Below are positions 1 to 10,900 of a DNA stretch of 64,000 bases, one piece after another. The stretch is from contig BPDA01000004.1 in the NCBI GenBank assembly GCA_019654055.1, positions 1,097-65,096 of the forward strand, given 5' to 3'. The DNA is from Methanobacteriota archaeon. Its GTDB lineage: Archaea; Thermoplasmatota; Poseidoniia; Poseidoniales; Thalassarchaeaceae. How positions within the stretch are numbered: position 1 is the stretch's first letter; each line of letters begins with the position of its first letter. The position numbers and the translations under genes are program-made. The notes beneath the pieces are model-generated. The model was not told the DNA's origin. It saw only the letters and a list, made by a program, of their open reading frames with translations, and searched no databases.

Positions 1-2
1 CC

Positions 3-1637
3 TCAGCGTATGTCGATGCAGAATTGCGCCGAGTTACCTATCGAGTCCTCGGTCATAGTCAGACGACCGGTCCATTCGATGGGCTCGCCGATTTGCTCCT
101 GCTGGCTAGCCTCGGTACCGTCGCCCAGCAGGCAGACCCTCTCATCTGAGCCGGAGCGTGAGATCCACTGGTTACCGTCCTCATCCATCACCGCCTCGCC
201 AGTGATTTGCACCAACTTGCCGATGTCCCACCTCCACGAGTTGTAGCCATCGCCCCAGTTGAGCACCGACGGTGCCGGCGCCTCCCCGAGCAGCCATGAC
301 CGCGCCTCTAGGACGATCCTGCCCTCAGACTCCGACCACAGCACCGTGGCATTGAACCGAATCGCCTGATCGGCCTCAATCCACTCCGCGTGCTCGCCGA
401 CGAACTCTATCCTGAGTTTGGTGTCCCTGTCGTAGTAGCCTGGCCCGTCACCGACATATCCCTTGTCATAGTCCGGCGAGATTGGATCGGTGATCCAGCC
501 CTCGAACTGGTAGCTGTTGCCCACGTGGGCGAACGGGTCCTCGACCACCTCCTTCATCGTCATGAGATCGTCGCCGAACTGGCCTGCGGGGTGCTGTAGG
601 GCCTCGACGTATCCTCGGTCGAGACATACCTCGGCCTCGTCAGTGGACCATGCCAGCCTGCCCCCCCAGTCCCCCGACTGACCCACTATGTCGTCAGCCA
701 AGTCTTCGGAGGACGGGAGCATGCAGAGCCGGTCGGTCGGGGCATCCCCCTCGATCCACCACTCCTCGCCATCACTCCCTATGGTGCCATCTATGACGAC
801 CAACTTGCCCACCTCATAGGTCAGGGTGTAGGGCTCGGCCTCCCAATCCAGGTACAGCGTCTCCCCCTGCGACAAGACCTCAACCTCGGTGGCTTGCACC
901 AGCAGTCTCCACCGGTAGGAACGCTCGTCGAACTGCAGCCAGCCGTTGACGACCACGTGGCTTCCTGCCTCCACCCATTCCATCACCCTGCCTTCGACCT
1001 GCATGTACAGCAGGTGGTCGGCGCCTCCGTAGACCTGATTGTCCATCAGATACAGCGAGTGGTAGGTCACATCCGGGGCGAGCGACTCGCTGAGCCAGCC
1101 GTCGATGGTGAGGGATTGATTGGCGAAGGACGGGGGGTTCCGACCGACCTCGACCAGTTTGGTCTCGGTGAATTCTATTGTCTGTTCCTTCGCGACGATG
1201 GCGCCGTAGCCGTTCGACTGCAACCATATCCTACCATTCCACTCTGAGACCTCTCCCTCGACCGTGACCACTGTGCCGATTGGTGGCACCTCGTTGGTCC
1301 AGTCCACATTCCAGCGGACCTTCGCAACCGAATGCCCATCAATCTCCTGGACCTGTAGGTCTATCCTGTCAGCACCCTCGCCGTAAGGGTCACGAACGTA
1401 ACTTGTCAGCACGCCCTCAATCTTCACAGTCTCACGGGGGTAGTTCCGTATCTCGTCTATCTCTATCATGTCCGGTTCCCTTATCACGGCGTAGAAGTTC
1501 ATCGCCGAGACAAGCAGAAGCGACGTGAAGAACATCACCCATAGCTTCGCCATGAGTCCCCACGGGCGGGCCTCGCGCTTCAAGGTTGAGAGCCATCGCT
1601 GCCGATTCTCCTGTGGCGGAACGAAGACAAGGTTCAT
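3..1637 (-). CDS. Membrane-anchored exported protein with about five tandem OB-fold-like repeats (function unknown)
   Basis: Complete 544-aa ORF with its stop at 3-5. One N-terminal hydrophobic helix (LWVMFFTSLLLVSAMNFYAVI). Five ~100-aa units follow. Each opens with an h-x-h-x-G strand (VKIEGVL, LTIDGWL, LVVIDGT, YQFEGWI, LVQITGE) and closes with a G-R-h-x-h strand (NGRIWLQ, YRWRLLV, GGRLAWS, EGRIVLE, TGRLTMT). No catalytic motif recognised. Confidence 0.6.
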   Translation of the reverse strand: MNLVFVPPQENRQRWLSTLKREARPWGLMAKLWVMFFTSLLLVSAMNFYAVIREPDMIEIDEIRNYPRETVKIEGVLTSYVRDPYGEGADRIDLQVQEIDGHSVAKVRWNVDWTNEVPPIGTVVTVEGEVSEWNGRIWLQSNGYGAIVAKEQTIEFTETKLVEVGRNPPSFANQSLTIDGWLSESLAPDVTYHSLYLMDNQVYGGADHLLYMQVEGRVMEWVEAGSHVVVNGWLQFDERSYRWRLLVQATEVEVLSQGETLYLDWEAEPYTLTYEVGKLVVIDGTIGSDGEEWWIEGDAPTDRLCMLPSSEDLADDIVGQSGDWGGRLAWSTDEAEVCLDRGYVEALQHPAGQFGDDLMTMKEVVEDPFAHVGNSYQFEGWITDPISPDYDKGYVGDGPGYYDRDTKLRIEFVGEHAEWIEADQAIRFNATVLWSESEGRIVLEARSWLLGEAPAPSVLNWGDGYNSWRWDIGKLVQITGEAVMDEDGNQWISRSGSDERVCLLGDGTEASQQEQIGEPIEWTGRLTMTEDSIGNSAQFCIDIR

Positions 1638-1663
1638 TTCGCAAAGCGCCGCGAGAGGTGCAG

Positions 1664-1740
1664 GGACCCGTAGCTCAGTTGGTTAGAGCGCTCGGCTCAT
1701 AACCGAGTGGTCATCGGTTCAAATCCGGTCGGGTCCACCA
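1664..1740 (+). tRNA. tRNA-Met (anticodon CAU), genomically encoded CCA; could alternatively be tRNA-Ile2(CAU)
   Basis: Hand-folded cloverleaf of 77 nt. Acceptor GGACCCG/CGGGTCC. D arm GCTC-AGTTGGTTA-GAGC. Anticodon arm CTCGG-CTCATAA-CCGAG. Variable loop TGGTC. T arm ATCGG-TTCAAAT-CCGGT. Discriminator A, then CCA. It lacks the A1-U72 pair and the GGG/CCC anticodon stem of archaeal initiators. Confidence 0.93.
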
Positions 1741-1819
1741 CTCAGAAGACACATCGCCCCAATGACCGTTTCACGGTCCAGTTGGTGCGAAGCCTCAAAT
1801 ACGGTCCGAGGGGGCCTAG

Positions 1820-2761
1820 ATGACAATGACGAAGGCCCGTTCCGTGAGACCCGCCCTGATGATTCTGGCTGTGTATTTCCTAAGCACCTGGGCCGGAGCC
1901 GCTGCGGTTCAGGCCCAAGGGCCTGTTCCGGACATCACCTTGAGTTGCCAGCAGCCGCAGCCCATAGACGTCTATCCAGGGGCCACTAGAGTCACCATCA
2001 TCGATTGCACTCTCGAGAACCCGACCATCCATCAGGAGAAGGTAAACGTGCAGATCCAGTCTGGCTCACTAGCAGCGGCTGGCCCCGCCTCGATGACCGT
2101 CGGAGCCCAGTCGGACGTCTCGTTCCAGGTGGTCGCCCGTGCCGAGCTCAGGATGCCCCAGGGGTCGCAGATAATCTCAATCACGGCCGAGGTCGTGCAG
2201 GCTGACGGAATCACCTGGGTAGGGACTCCGACCACGTATAAGGTGCTGGCAGTAATCAGGCAGTTCAGCCGACTCCGAGTTGCCTCCGAGGTCGCTTTCC
2301 TGCAGCTCAGGCCCAAGGTGGACTACATGCTGACCTTCGATGTCTACAACGACGGCAATGCGATGGACAGGTTCAACGTCGGGGTCGAGAACTACGACGA
2401 GCTGAATGACGAGGGCTTCCAACTCAGCATCCCTCTGGTCTCGGTGGAGATAGAATCGATGGCCCCCGCCGAGAAGATTAGGGTCCAGATGAGGACTCCA
2501 AAGAATCAGGGCTGGACTGACAAGTACTTCTCATTACAGTTCAAGGCGACTTCCGAATACTCTGTGAGGACTGAAGGGATTCCGAATTATCAGGTGCAGA
2601 CCATGACGATATACATCAGAGGAGTGTACCTCCCCGGCTTCGAGCTCATGGGGACCATGATGATCACGACGCTGGCCGCTGCGGCTCTGGCTGGAAGGTA
2701 CCGTGACGACGAGGACGATGATTCGGACGGCCCCAAGGTTCTCGATGCGAGACTTTTCTGA
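1820..2761 (+). CDS. Secreted surface protein with signal peptide and PGF-CTERM-like anchor followed by an acidic tail
   Basis: 313-aa ORF. Signal-like N-terminus (RPALMILAVYFLSTWAGAAAVQAQG). The C-terminus reads LPGFELMGTMMITTLAAAALAGRYR, then DDEDDDSDGPKVLDARLF. A TATA-like TCAAATAC lies ~20 nt upstream of the ATG. Confidence 0.7.
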   Translation: MTMTKARSVRPALMILAVYFLSTWAGAAAVQAQGPVPDITLSCQQPQPIDVYPGATRVTIIDCTLENPTIHQEKVNVQIQSGSLAAAGPASMTVGAQSDVSFQVVARAELRMPQGSQIISITAEVVQADGITWVGTPTTYKVLAVIRQFSRLRVASEVAFLQLRPKVDYMLTFDVYNDGNAMDRFNVGVENYDELNDEGFQLSIPLVSVEIESMAPAEKIRVQMRTPKNQGWTDKYFSLQFKATSEYSVRTEGIPNYQVQTMTIYIRGVYLPGFELMGTMMITTLAAAALAGRYRDDEDDDSDGPKVLDARLF

Positions 2762-2830
2762 ACCGTCATCGCTCTAGGTGCGACTTGCCGTCAACGGGTT
2801 GATAACCCACACGCGTGACGTGCGTACCGG

Positions 2831-4075
2831 TTGCGAGGGTCTAGGATGAGTGACGGCGGTCTGCTGCAGAAGGCCATGGAACAACAGTCCTCCGATGGAG
2901 GCGATACAGTCATCGCAGCTGATGTGGCCGAACCCCGGGGCACGGGCATGATGTCCGGTTCGGTCAGGCAGGGCGCTGCTTTGGCAGTGATTGCCTTGGT
3001 TCTTTCATGGCTCTTCTCTAGCCCAGGCATCCAGAGTGATTTCGCCTTTCTCGGGGCTATCCCTCTACTTCTCTTCGCAGGATCTTTCTATCTGGTCTGG
3101 AATGCATTGGGCAGGAAGCAGACTGCTGCGATAGCCGTAGCCTACCTCTTGCTCGCAGCATCTCCCTATCTCGTGATGAGCCTCTCGTCCGGAGAGATCA
3201 CCGTCACTGAATCGGAACTGTCCGACGACTCCTCGACCATCACCCTGACCATCAGGGAATCCGGGGCCATACTCGGGTCCTCGGTGGATTCGGCAGATGT
3301 GTCAATCACCTACGACGGATCCGAGGTATACTCCCAATCCATTCAATTCTCCATCGACAGGGAGGATGGGTTCGGCAAGTATGGGGAGATCGATATCTCA
3401 GTCGGAGATTGGTACCAAGGCAATGCAGCCGATGACTCCGAGTACGTAGTGACTGTCGATGTCGGCAGCTCTTCGGACTCCATGCAACTCCAGTCCCGCC
3501 ATCTGCAGAGAACAGTTGAGGACGTGAAGGGCGATGCCTCTGGAGCCATGGGGACGGGCAACGACTGTGACGACTCAAAGGAATCCTGTGTGATTGGAGT
3601 CGCCCTCAGGTCTTGGTCCGGGTTGGATGCCCTTGGGGACAACCCTCCCGGGGCATTGCCTCACGCAGACTACACCTTGCAAGCCACACTACACTACGAT
3701 AACACCGCCGTCATCTCCTATCCCGTGGTCACCGTTGTCAATGGACTCGCCGAATGGGACTCCGGCAATGGAGAGTATGGAGGAGGCAGTGCCATGGTGG
3801 GGGAGGATGGGTCAGAGTTGCCGTTGCCCGGATCTGTGGACTCTTTCGAGCTGAACACCAAGTACGTCCCAATCGAGGATTGGGCGGTCAGCGACTTCGG
3901 CTGTTACCACTTCACGGTCGAGGTCTCGCAAACGTCCCCTTGGTCCGACGGCTCGACCGTATCTCACACATCGTACTACGAGTACACTGAGGAGGGCGGC
4001 GAGTCCGAACCGGGGGAGCAATCAGAGAACCCCACGAACGAGGCATGGACCTCGGTACCGAGTTGTGAAAACTAG
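2831..4075 (+). CDS. Integral membrane protein with large Ser/Asp-rich extracellular domain (function unknown)
   Basis: 414-aa ORF with about three hydrophobic helices in residues ~45-120, then a hydrophilic acidic domain. Codon usage matches the neighbours. No motif recognised. Confidence 0.55.
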   Translation: MRGSRMSDGGLLQKAMEQQSSDGGDTVIAADVAEPRGTGMMSGSVRQGAALAVIALVLSWLFSSPGIQSDFAFLGAIPLLLFAGSFYLVWNALGRKQTAAIAVAYLLLAASPYLVMSLSSGEITVTESELSDDSSTITLTIRESGAILGSSVDSADVSITYDGSEVYSQSIQFSIDREDGFGKYGEIDISVGDWYQGNAADDSEYVVTVDVGSSSDSMQLQSRHLQRTVEDVKGDASGAMGTGNDCDDSKESCVIGVALRSWSGLDALGDNPPGALPHADYTLQATLHYDNTAVISYPVVTVVNGLAEWDSGNGEYGGGSAMVGEDGSELPLPGSVDSFELNTKYVPIEDWAVSDFGCYHFTVEVSQTSPWSDGSTVSHTSYYEYTEEGGESEPGEQSENPTNEAWTSVPSCEN

Positions 4076-5835
4076 TACTCTTCCCTAGAGTAGTCGGAGT
4101 CATCTTCGTCCGTCTCGACTATCGCGTCAGAGTCTCCTCGCCTCAGCATAGCCATCCCTGCGATCACCGCTCCGACCACTATGGCAGCAAGCAGGGGTAG
4201 TATCGGCAGCGAGTCGTCCTCGACCGGCTCCGTCCAAGTCGCCAGCCCCGTAATCATGCTACCGCCCCCGAAGGCGCCGTCATCCACTAACTGGGTCGGC
4301 GTCAGAATACGGCATGAGAGCGTAGCCTCACCGACATCGCTGCTGCGCCAGCCGAACGAGGCTTCTACCGACTCTCCAGCGTCTATCCTGATCTCTTGAT
4401 AACCTCCGATGTTTGCCTCCATCCCGGTTCCGACCACGTCGCAGGTGAAGTAAAGCAGGGCAGCAGCAGTCCCCCTGTTCGCCAGTCTGGCCTGTATCGG
4501 CATGGATTGACCGATGGATTTGGTCGCAGCCCCTTCGGATATGTCGAGCGACTCCCACTCCACGAACGGAGTGCCTGAGTCGAGAATGGTGTTCTGTGCC
4601 CAGCCCAATGCCACCGGGCCGCCGCCATAGTTGCCTATGCCAGATGACTCCGGATTCCAACCCGTCACGTACGTCACCACCTCGATGACCGCCGACTCGG
4701 TCCACACGGTTCCGTCGGAGTATCCTATCTCGACCACCCGCTCCCTGCCCGAGTCGACTGACGCGAAGCCACCTAGGCTGAAGGTCTCCTGAGACAGCTC
4801 CTGCGGGCCAATCCCAGTCACTCTCAGTACCACGTAGTCGGCATCGACCTGTATGGTCTGGCCCGAGACCCTGCGCTCCCAACGGTCGATTAGGCCTCCC
4901 GAGCCACTGACGCCCTCACCCCAGTAGATCTCCGACTCGGGTCCGCCGCGCACGTCGTGATCATCGAGGCTGCCGTAGAATGAGGACCCGCCCAGCAGCT
5001 CGACCCCTCCAGAGTTCCCGATAATCACAGGCCCCACCCTGTCGAACTCGGAGTCATCAGCGCTAATGGAGCCGTTGACGAAGATCTGACCACCTGAGAC
5101 GACCGAGTTCGCTGCGACCATCTCACCGAGCACCTCGACGCCGAATCCCTGTGTTCCCGCGGCCATCATGTTGACCGATTCGAGATCATTACCGAGAATG
5201 GTCGAGCTGCTGCCGGCTGCAGGCTCGATGGTGATTGATGCCACGGTAACGGCGCTTGAAGAGTAGCCGGTGAGGCCTATCCAAACGTCACCGGTGCCTT
5301 CAGTGAACGAGAATGTGTGGGCCGTGCCGTTGATGGTGACCGACTCGCCATTGACATGTGCGGCACCACCGTAGTAACTGTGCCCCTCCAGCGCTTGCAT
5401 CTTCACGCTGAATGACCCGGAAATCCCCTCGCCGGGGACCTTGAACTTCGACATGTTGGCATCATCCCAGTAACCCATGCTGGCAATCGCTGTAGGAGTT
5501 TGCTCGCCTACTAGGATCGCCTGCTGCAGAGACAGGTTCCCACCCGCCTCCACGACAATCCTCGACCCCATGTGCATCCGGACCTCGGTACCGTCTATGG
5601 TCAGATGGCCACCGCTCACTACCCTCACGGTTCCATCGATTGACTGCTCGCCCGTCCAAGTCACGTTGTCGCTAATCACCGTCTCTGCCGAGTCGGCCGA
5701 GGCAGACGGCACTGCGGATGCCAGGACTGCGGTGGTAATCAGCAGCATCTGCAGCATCGCGATTCGTCTCATGGCTACCCAATACCGGCGTCGGTCATGA
5801 ATAGTTTTGCCCGACTCTCTTCGGATAGGGTTCAT
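4072..5835 (-). CDS. Secreted beta-helix-like surface protein with C-terminal TM anchor and acidic tail
   Basis: The likely true start is the ATG at 5772 (MRRIAMLQMLLITTAVLASAVPSASA, a signal peptide). Gly/Ser/Val-rich repeats look beta-helix-like. The C-terminus is LPILPLLAAIVVGAVIAGMAMLRRGD, then SDAIVETDEDDSDYSREEY. Confidence 0.7.
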   Translation of the reverse strand: MNPIRRESGKTIHDRRRYWVAMRRIAMLQMLLITTAVLASAVPSASADSAETVISDNVTWTGEQSIDGTVRVVSGGHLTIDGTEVRMHMGSRIVVEAGGNLSLQQAILVGEQTPTAIASMGYWDDANMSKFKVPGEGISGSFSVKMQALEGHSYYGGAAHVNGESVTINGTAHTFSFTEGTGDVWIGLTGYSSSAVTVASITIEPAAGSSSTILGNDLESVNMMAAGTQGFGVEVLGEMVAANSVVSGGQIFVNGSISADDSEFDRVGPVIIGNSGGVELLGGSSFYGSLDDHDVRGGPESEIYWGEGVSGSGGLIDRWERRVSGQTIQVDADYVVLRVTGIGPQELSQETFSLGGFASVDSGRERVVEIGYSDGTVWTESAVIEVVTYVTGWNPESSGIGNYGGGPVALGWAQNTILDSGTPFVEWESLDISEGAATKSIGQSMPIQARLANRGTAAALLYFTCDVVGTGMEANIGGYQEIRIDAGESVEASFGWRSSDVGEATLSCRILTPTQLVDDGAFGGGSMITGLATWTEPVEDDSLPILPLLAAIVVGAVIAGMAMLRRGDSDAIVETDEDDSDYSREEY

Positions 5836-6540
5836 TCGCTGTCTACGTTTGGCAGACCCGTGGACGTGTCACCGCTCTTTCCCGCACCCGACCCCTCGGC
5901 CTTCGTGCTGAACATACTCTCCGTGCTGATGATGTACGGACCGTTCTACTTGGCCAATACGGGCGCGATGTTGTTCGGCAAGTGGATCCCAGATAAGTTG
6001 GGCTTCAGCAGCTCAATCATCGACGGAGGCAGGAATTGGAGGGACGGGTTCCGAATTCTAGGTGACGGCAAGACGTGGAATGGCCTGCTGGGAGGAGGTA
6101 TCTTTAGCGGTCTGCTGACCATGCTGGCGCACCACCTGTGGTCCGACAGGGTACTGCCCGATGCGCGCCCCTTCGTCGACCCAGCCATGCTGACGAGTCA
6201 CGACGACTGGTTCTGGGTCGGAGGGGAGTGGGGCGCGGCCTTCGTAATGGGATTCACGTTGGGTATCGCTTGCATGTTAGGGGACACAGCAGGGTCGTTC
6301 GTCAAGCGCCGCCGGGGGCTCAAGCGAGAGGGCGACGAGAGCTCGGAGGCCCCCCTGCTCGACACCGTCCCGTTCGCGATAGCCATTTTCATCGCGGCCT
6401 TCGCCCTGTTCGACGGACAGATATTCACTCATGAGCAACTCCGAGGGGAGATAGTAGCCCTGCTGATTCTTACTCCAATCATCCACCGATCGTTCAATCT
6501 GCTCGGCTACAGGCTCGGACTGAAGTCCGTGCCGTTCTAG
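5797..6540 (+). CDS. carS: CDP-archaeol synthase (CDP-2,3-bis-O-geranylgeranyl-sn-glycerol synthase, DUF46 family)
   Basis: Family-typical strings: FYLANTGAMLFGKWIP, IDGGRNWRDGFRILGDGKTWNGLLGG, and GDTAGSFVKRRRGLKREGDESSEAPLLDTVPF. The real start may be the GTG at 5860, because the 5797 start overlaps the divergent neighbour ORF. Confidence 0.85.
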   Translation: MNSFARLSSDRVHSLSTFGRPVDVSPLFPAPDPSAFVLNILSVLMMYGPFYLANTGAMLFGKWIPDKLGFSSSIIDGGRNWRDGFRILGDGKTWNGLLGGGIFSGLLTMLAHHLWSDRVLPDARPFVDPAMLTSHDDWFWVGGEWGAAFVMGFTLGIACMLGDTAGSFVKRRRGLKREGDESSEAPLLDTVPFAIAIFIAAFALFDGQIFTHEQLRGEIVALLILTPIIHRSFNLLGYRLGLKSVPF

Positions 6541-6591
6541 GACAGCGGCGCCCCCGGAATCAATTAACGCCTCGTCTGCCCACGCAGGCCC

Positions 6592-7870
6592 ATGCCCGGA
6601 CTGACCGTACTTGTCATCGGAGGGGGTGGCAGGGAGCACGCGATATGCATAGGTCTCGATGATAGCGCATCGGTGGATTCCATTCACGCCGCCCCGGGGA
6701 ATGCTGGGACGTCCTTGGTCGGTACTAACCACCCAGTGCCAGCCAGCGACGTCGAGGGGTTGATCACTTTGGCTGACGAACTCGGGGCTGACTTAGTAGT
6801 GGTAGGCCCGGAGGCACCGTTGGTGAATGGTCTGGCCGACTCGCTCAGAGCGGCAGGTGTGGCTTGTTTCGGGCCACATTCCGACGGCGCGAGATTGGAG
6901 GGCTCGAAGCTCCATGCCAAGAGGGTCATGCAGTCGTCTGGGGGTGCCAACAGGGGGCTGCGTCGTGGTCGAGGACGCCTCGTCCATCGAGACCGCCCTC
7001 GATTCCTTCGAGCCGCCTTGGGTAGTCAAGCGTGACGTGCTGGCTGCCGGCAAGGGCGTCACAGTTACCTCCGACAGGAACGAGGCCCATGACGCCCTAG
7101 TTGCAGGACTCGGCCAAGACGGCTTCGTCCTGCTCGAGGAGCACCTCTCCGGGGAGGAGGCATCAGTCCTGGTCGTTATGGACGAGACCGGCTACGTTTG
7201 CCTGCCTGCCAGCCAAGACCACAAGCGGGTCGGAGAGGGGGACACCGGGCCCAACACCGGAGGGATGGGGGCGTACGCACCAGCCCCCGTGGCGACCCCG
7301 GCAGTCCTCCAGAGGGTAATCGACGAGATCGTCGAGCCGATGCACCATCATCTCAGGAACCAGGAGGTGCCGTATCGGGGCTGCCTCTACGTCGGTCTGA
7401 TGATAGACTCTCAGGGCACACCCGGGGTCATCGAGTTCAACGTGCGCTTCGGGGATCCCGAGACCCAAGTCACAATCCCGTTAATCTCCAGCGATCTGGC
7501 CGAGCTCCTACTGGCCTGCGCAGAGGGTAGGGTCAGCGACATCGAGGTCGAGTTCCACTCGTATTACGCAGCCACGGTGGTGCTGGCCTCGGAGGGCTAC
7601 CCTGCCCCCTCTGCAACCGGACGAGTCATATCCGGAAGCGAGATCGAGATGGAGGAGGGCGAGATTAGGGCCTTCGTGCATTATGCCGGGGCGAGTTTCG
7701 ACGACGCGGGCAATCTCGTGTCTTCGGGAGGAAGGGTCCTGTCGGCAACCGGCATAGCGCCGGAAATCGGCGAGGCGGTCGCCGCGGCATACGAGGTCAT
7801 CGGCTGCATAGACCTCGAGGGTTCACACTACCGCTCGGACATTGCGTATCGCGCTCTACAGCGGGTTTGA
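6592..7870 (+). CDS. purD: Phosphoribosylamine-glycine ligase (GAR synthetase), reading frame broken once
   Basis: N-terminal part in frame 1 (VLVIGGGGREHAI...LEGSKLHAKRVMQSSG). It continues in frame 2 (VPTGGCVVVED...VVKRDVLAAGKGV...GPNTGGMGAY...IEFNVRFGDPETQ). The junction is a G5 run at 6940-6944, and removing one G restores ...VMQSSGVPTGG.... Confidence 0.9.
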
Positions 7871-7968
7871 GCGGTTTCACCCCTGCCAACAATTGCAACC
7901 ATTCTACGAATGGTTATAACGACCCGTCAAATCGGCGCGACGCTGAGCCTTCAGGCTGAATACGGTGA

Positions 7969-10900
7969 TTGATGATGAATGACACAAATGGTGCAGCAGA
8001 AAGCGGGTTCCCAATTTCGGGCCTCGCCACGGTCCCGGCGGTGCTGGTAGCACTACTGGCTCTCTTCTTCGGGGCCGACTACGCTGCGAACGGAGCAATG
8101 GAAAATGATGGATACGCGCAAGTCCTGATTCTGCCCGCGGTGGCCACTCTAGCGGCCGCTCTGGGCAGAACCGGTGCTGTGGTGTCCATCGGAAGCAAGC
8201 CCATTCATCGCGCTGCAATCACGATGGCATTCGTCGCGTCGGCAGCCTTCATCTCTATTGCATACAACTTGTTCGAGAGCATCGGGAACCTAGGCGCTTT
8301 CACATTCGCCTTCGTCGGCATCTCGACCTACTTGCTGGTTAACTCCGACAAGAGAGAGGAGTCGACCATGCTACTGGCGCTGGTTATTGGCTTCCACCTA
8401 GCCATATCTCACGCCGCCAATACGGTGATGGATTCCTCGACATGGACTGGGAGCGCACCTGATCTGGTGGATGCCGAGAGGGCTGCGGCCGCTTCGGTGT
8501 TCTTTGCCTTCTGGGCGGTTTCGATTGTTGCAGGTGTGGCATTGGCCCTGATTATGAGGACCTCTCGAATGGATTCCCCGGGTAGCGGATCATGGTTCGC
8601 AGACCTCTCGAACCATCTGAGCAGACCTATGATGGCGACTCTCGGGACAGTACTCGTGATTCAGTCCGTCCCACTCGTCTGGCTCGGGCAGATCGCTGAT
8701 CTCCAGACCTTCTTCGAGCACCAGTACCTCGGCTCTGTCTGGGCGCTGTTCACGACGGCGGTGATTCTGTTCGTAGCATTCTGTCACGCCGAGAGGTGGA
8801 GGGTCATCGGCACTCTGGTGACAATCAACTGGACACTCTACACATTCGGGCACCTGCAGGAGATTGGAAACGAGTTCCCTGACATCCTCAGCGGTGACGA
8901 CGCGATGAGCACGTTCTCATGGTTCTTCATCGGGTTCTGGCTCAACGTTATCGGAATCATGCTGGCAACCCGTGGGAGATTCGGCGACGTATCTCCTCGT
9001 CACGAGCCTAGCGCAGCACGCGTCTGGTGGGGACAGCACTCGTACGGGATTATACTGGCTCTGGCGGTTTTCGTGGCCCTCGCAGTGCGCACCGGCTGGA
9101 ACGTGCTGCCCGCGATGAACGCCACCGCAACGGGACTCTGGGACATGACAGGGGGCTCCGACCCTTGGTACATGAAGCGCGTAGTGGACTACATCATCGC
9201 TGAGCGCAGCCACTTCATCTTCGACCACGACCGAGCCTATCCGATGGGCGCAATCAATCCGCGCCCACCGCTGTTCTCATGGTCCCTCGCACTCGGTGGC
9301 CTTGGCCTCTCATGGCTTCTTGAGATGCCCGCCGAGGAGGCGGTCTGGTGGAGCGTAGCTGCGTTCCCAGCTATCTTCGGGGCCCTCCTCGTACTTCCTC
9401 TCTCAGAGATGGCGAGGAGGGTTCACAGCAACTCCGCGGGGATTCTGACCGCGTGGCTGATCGCCCTGATGCCGGGGCACATATCACACTCTACTTTCGG
9501 TTTGGCTGACCACGACGCCTTCGCACTACTGTTCCTGTCGATGGCATTCTACTACTGGGTCAGGGCCATAGAGGGTCTGGGGACCGAGAGAATGTTCGCT
9601 ACCCCGTCTTCCAACCCACTTTACTTGGTTGCCGGAATAAGGGAGTCTTGGCGCACGAACCCTCGGACGATGGCCTATGCAACCCTGTCCGGCATCTCGT
9701 TCGCCACTGTGGCGCTGGGGTGGAAGGGATTCGTGTACGGTCCGGGCATACTGTTCCTCGCGTTTGCAGGTCAGATAGTGATGAACATGTTCCGAAAGAG
9801 GGACAGCCTGCCACTTACTTCTGCTGCTCTACAGATGCTGCTCACGGCATTTTTGATACCGTTACCGTTCTACAACTGGCCCGGATTGAATCTCGTGTTC
9901 GATCCCAGCGGGTTCCAGCCGATGTTCTACATCATTGGCTTCACCATCGCCCTAGGTTGGGTAGCGTCTGCGTACCGCGACAAGCCGTGGCTGCTGGTCC
10001 TAGGCAGTGGCACCGTGCTCATCGGCGGCATACTGGCCATACTGTACGTGCTGCAGGAGCTGGAGATTTACAACGGCTGGGACATCCTGTTCACCGGGGG
10101 CTTCTACTTCTCGAAGAACAAGATTTTCGGGACCATCGGTGAGGCGCAGGCTCCGAGCAGAGGAGTTCTCTTCGCCTCCTATGGGCCGATTGTCGCAATG
10201 ATTGCTGTGGGATGCGCTCTAGTGCTAATCTGGCGAGGTGCTAGGAAGGAGCGCCAGAGCCACCTGCTCCTCGGTATTTGGGTCATTGTAGCCACGTACA
10301 TGGCATGGTCCGCTGGCAGATTCATCTTCAACGCCACCCCAGCCATGGCGGTGGTCGGCGGCCTGGGAATCGCCATGATGTGGAAGGGGGCCAACTTCTC
10401 TTCTTTCGCCAAGGAATGGCGACGTTCCGGTATCGGCACTCCGCGCTCGCGATGGAGTTCGCTGTGGCCTGCCACCAAGAAGAACTCAGCGGTGCCGGCC
10501 TTGCTACTGGTCGTGATGCTCGTCGCATCTCAGCATGCCACCTACGGCATAGACTCGGGAATACCTCGGGGTGAACCGTCTGCGAAGGACGTCGACCAGA
10601 CCATACACGACATCGCACCGGACTTCCTGAGGGCAGAACTACTCGGCCTATCCGTGCTCAAGAGCGAGTCCTATAACCCGGATTCCGAGATGTGGTACAT
10701 GGGCACCTTCGGTCCCGGATTCAACAGCGGGGCCTGGAACCTAGCCTATGATTGGCTCTCCGAGCAGGATTCTGAGATGAGCTTCAGCGAGCGGCCCGCA
10801 TTCGTGTCGTGGTGGGACTATGGCTTCCAGGCGCTGGCCCAAGGCCAGCACCCTACCGTGGCCGACAACTTCCAGTCTGGTATACCCAACAGCGGAGGGA

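Noticed and set aside
1638-1819. The tRNA-Met gene as an integration hotspot flanked by a genomic island.
   Set aside because: No integrase, no direct repeat of the tRNA 3' end seen by eye, and no compositional shift on either side.
5797-5859. The carS start at 5797, overlapping the divergent gene's annotated 5' end (to 5835).
   Set aside because: The neighbour most likely starts at 5772, where its signal peptide begins. carS may start at the GTG at 5860, just before its first TM helix. The overlap is probably an ORF-calling artefact.
6940-6944. Programmed ribosomal frameshifting or transcriptional slippage as the cause of the breaks in purD, dnaJ, gltX and others.
   Set aside because: The sites are short G/C runs (3-7 nt) with no slippery heptamer or downstream structure. 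Both +1 and -1 corrections are needed, and they hit unrelated housekeeping genes. That is the signature of homopolymer miscalls, and only read data can settle it.
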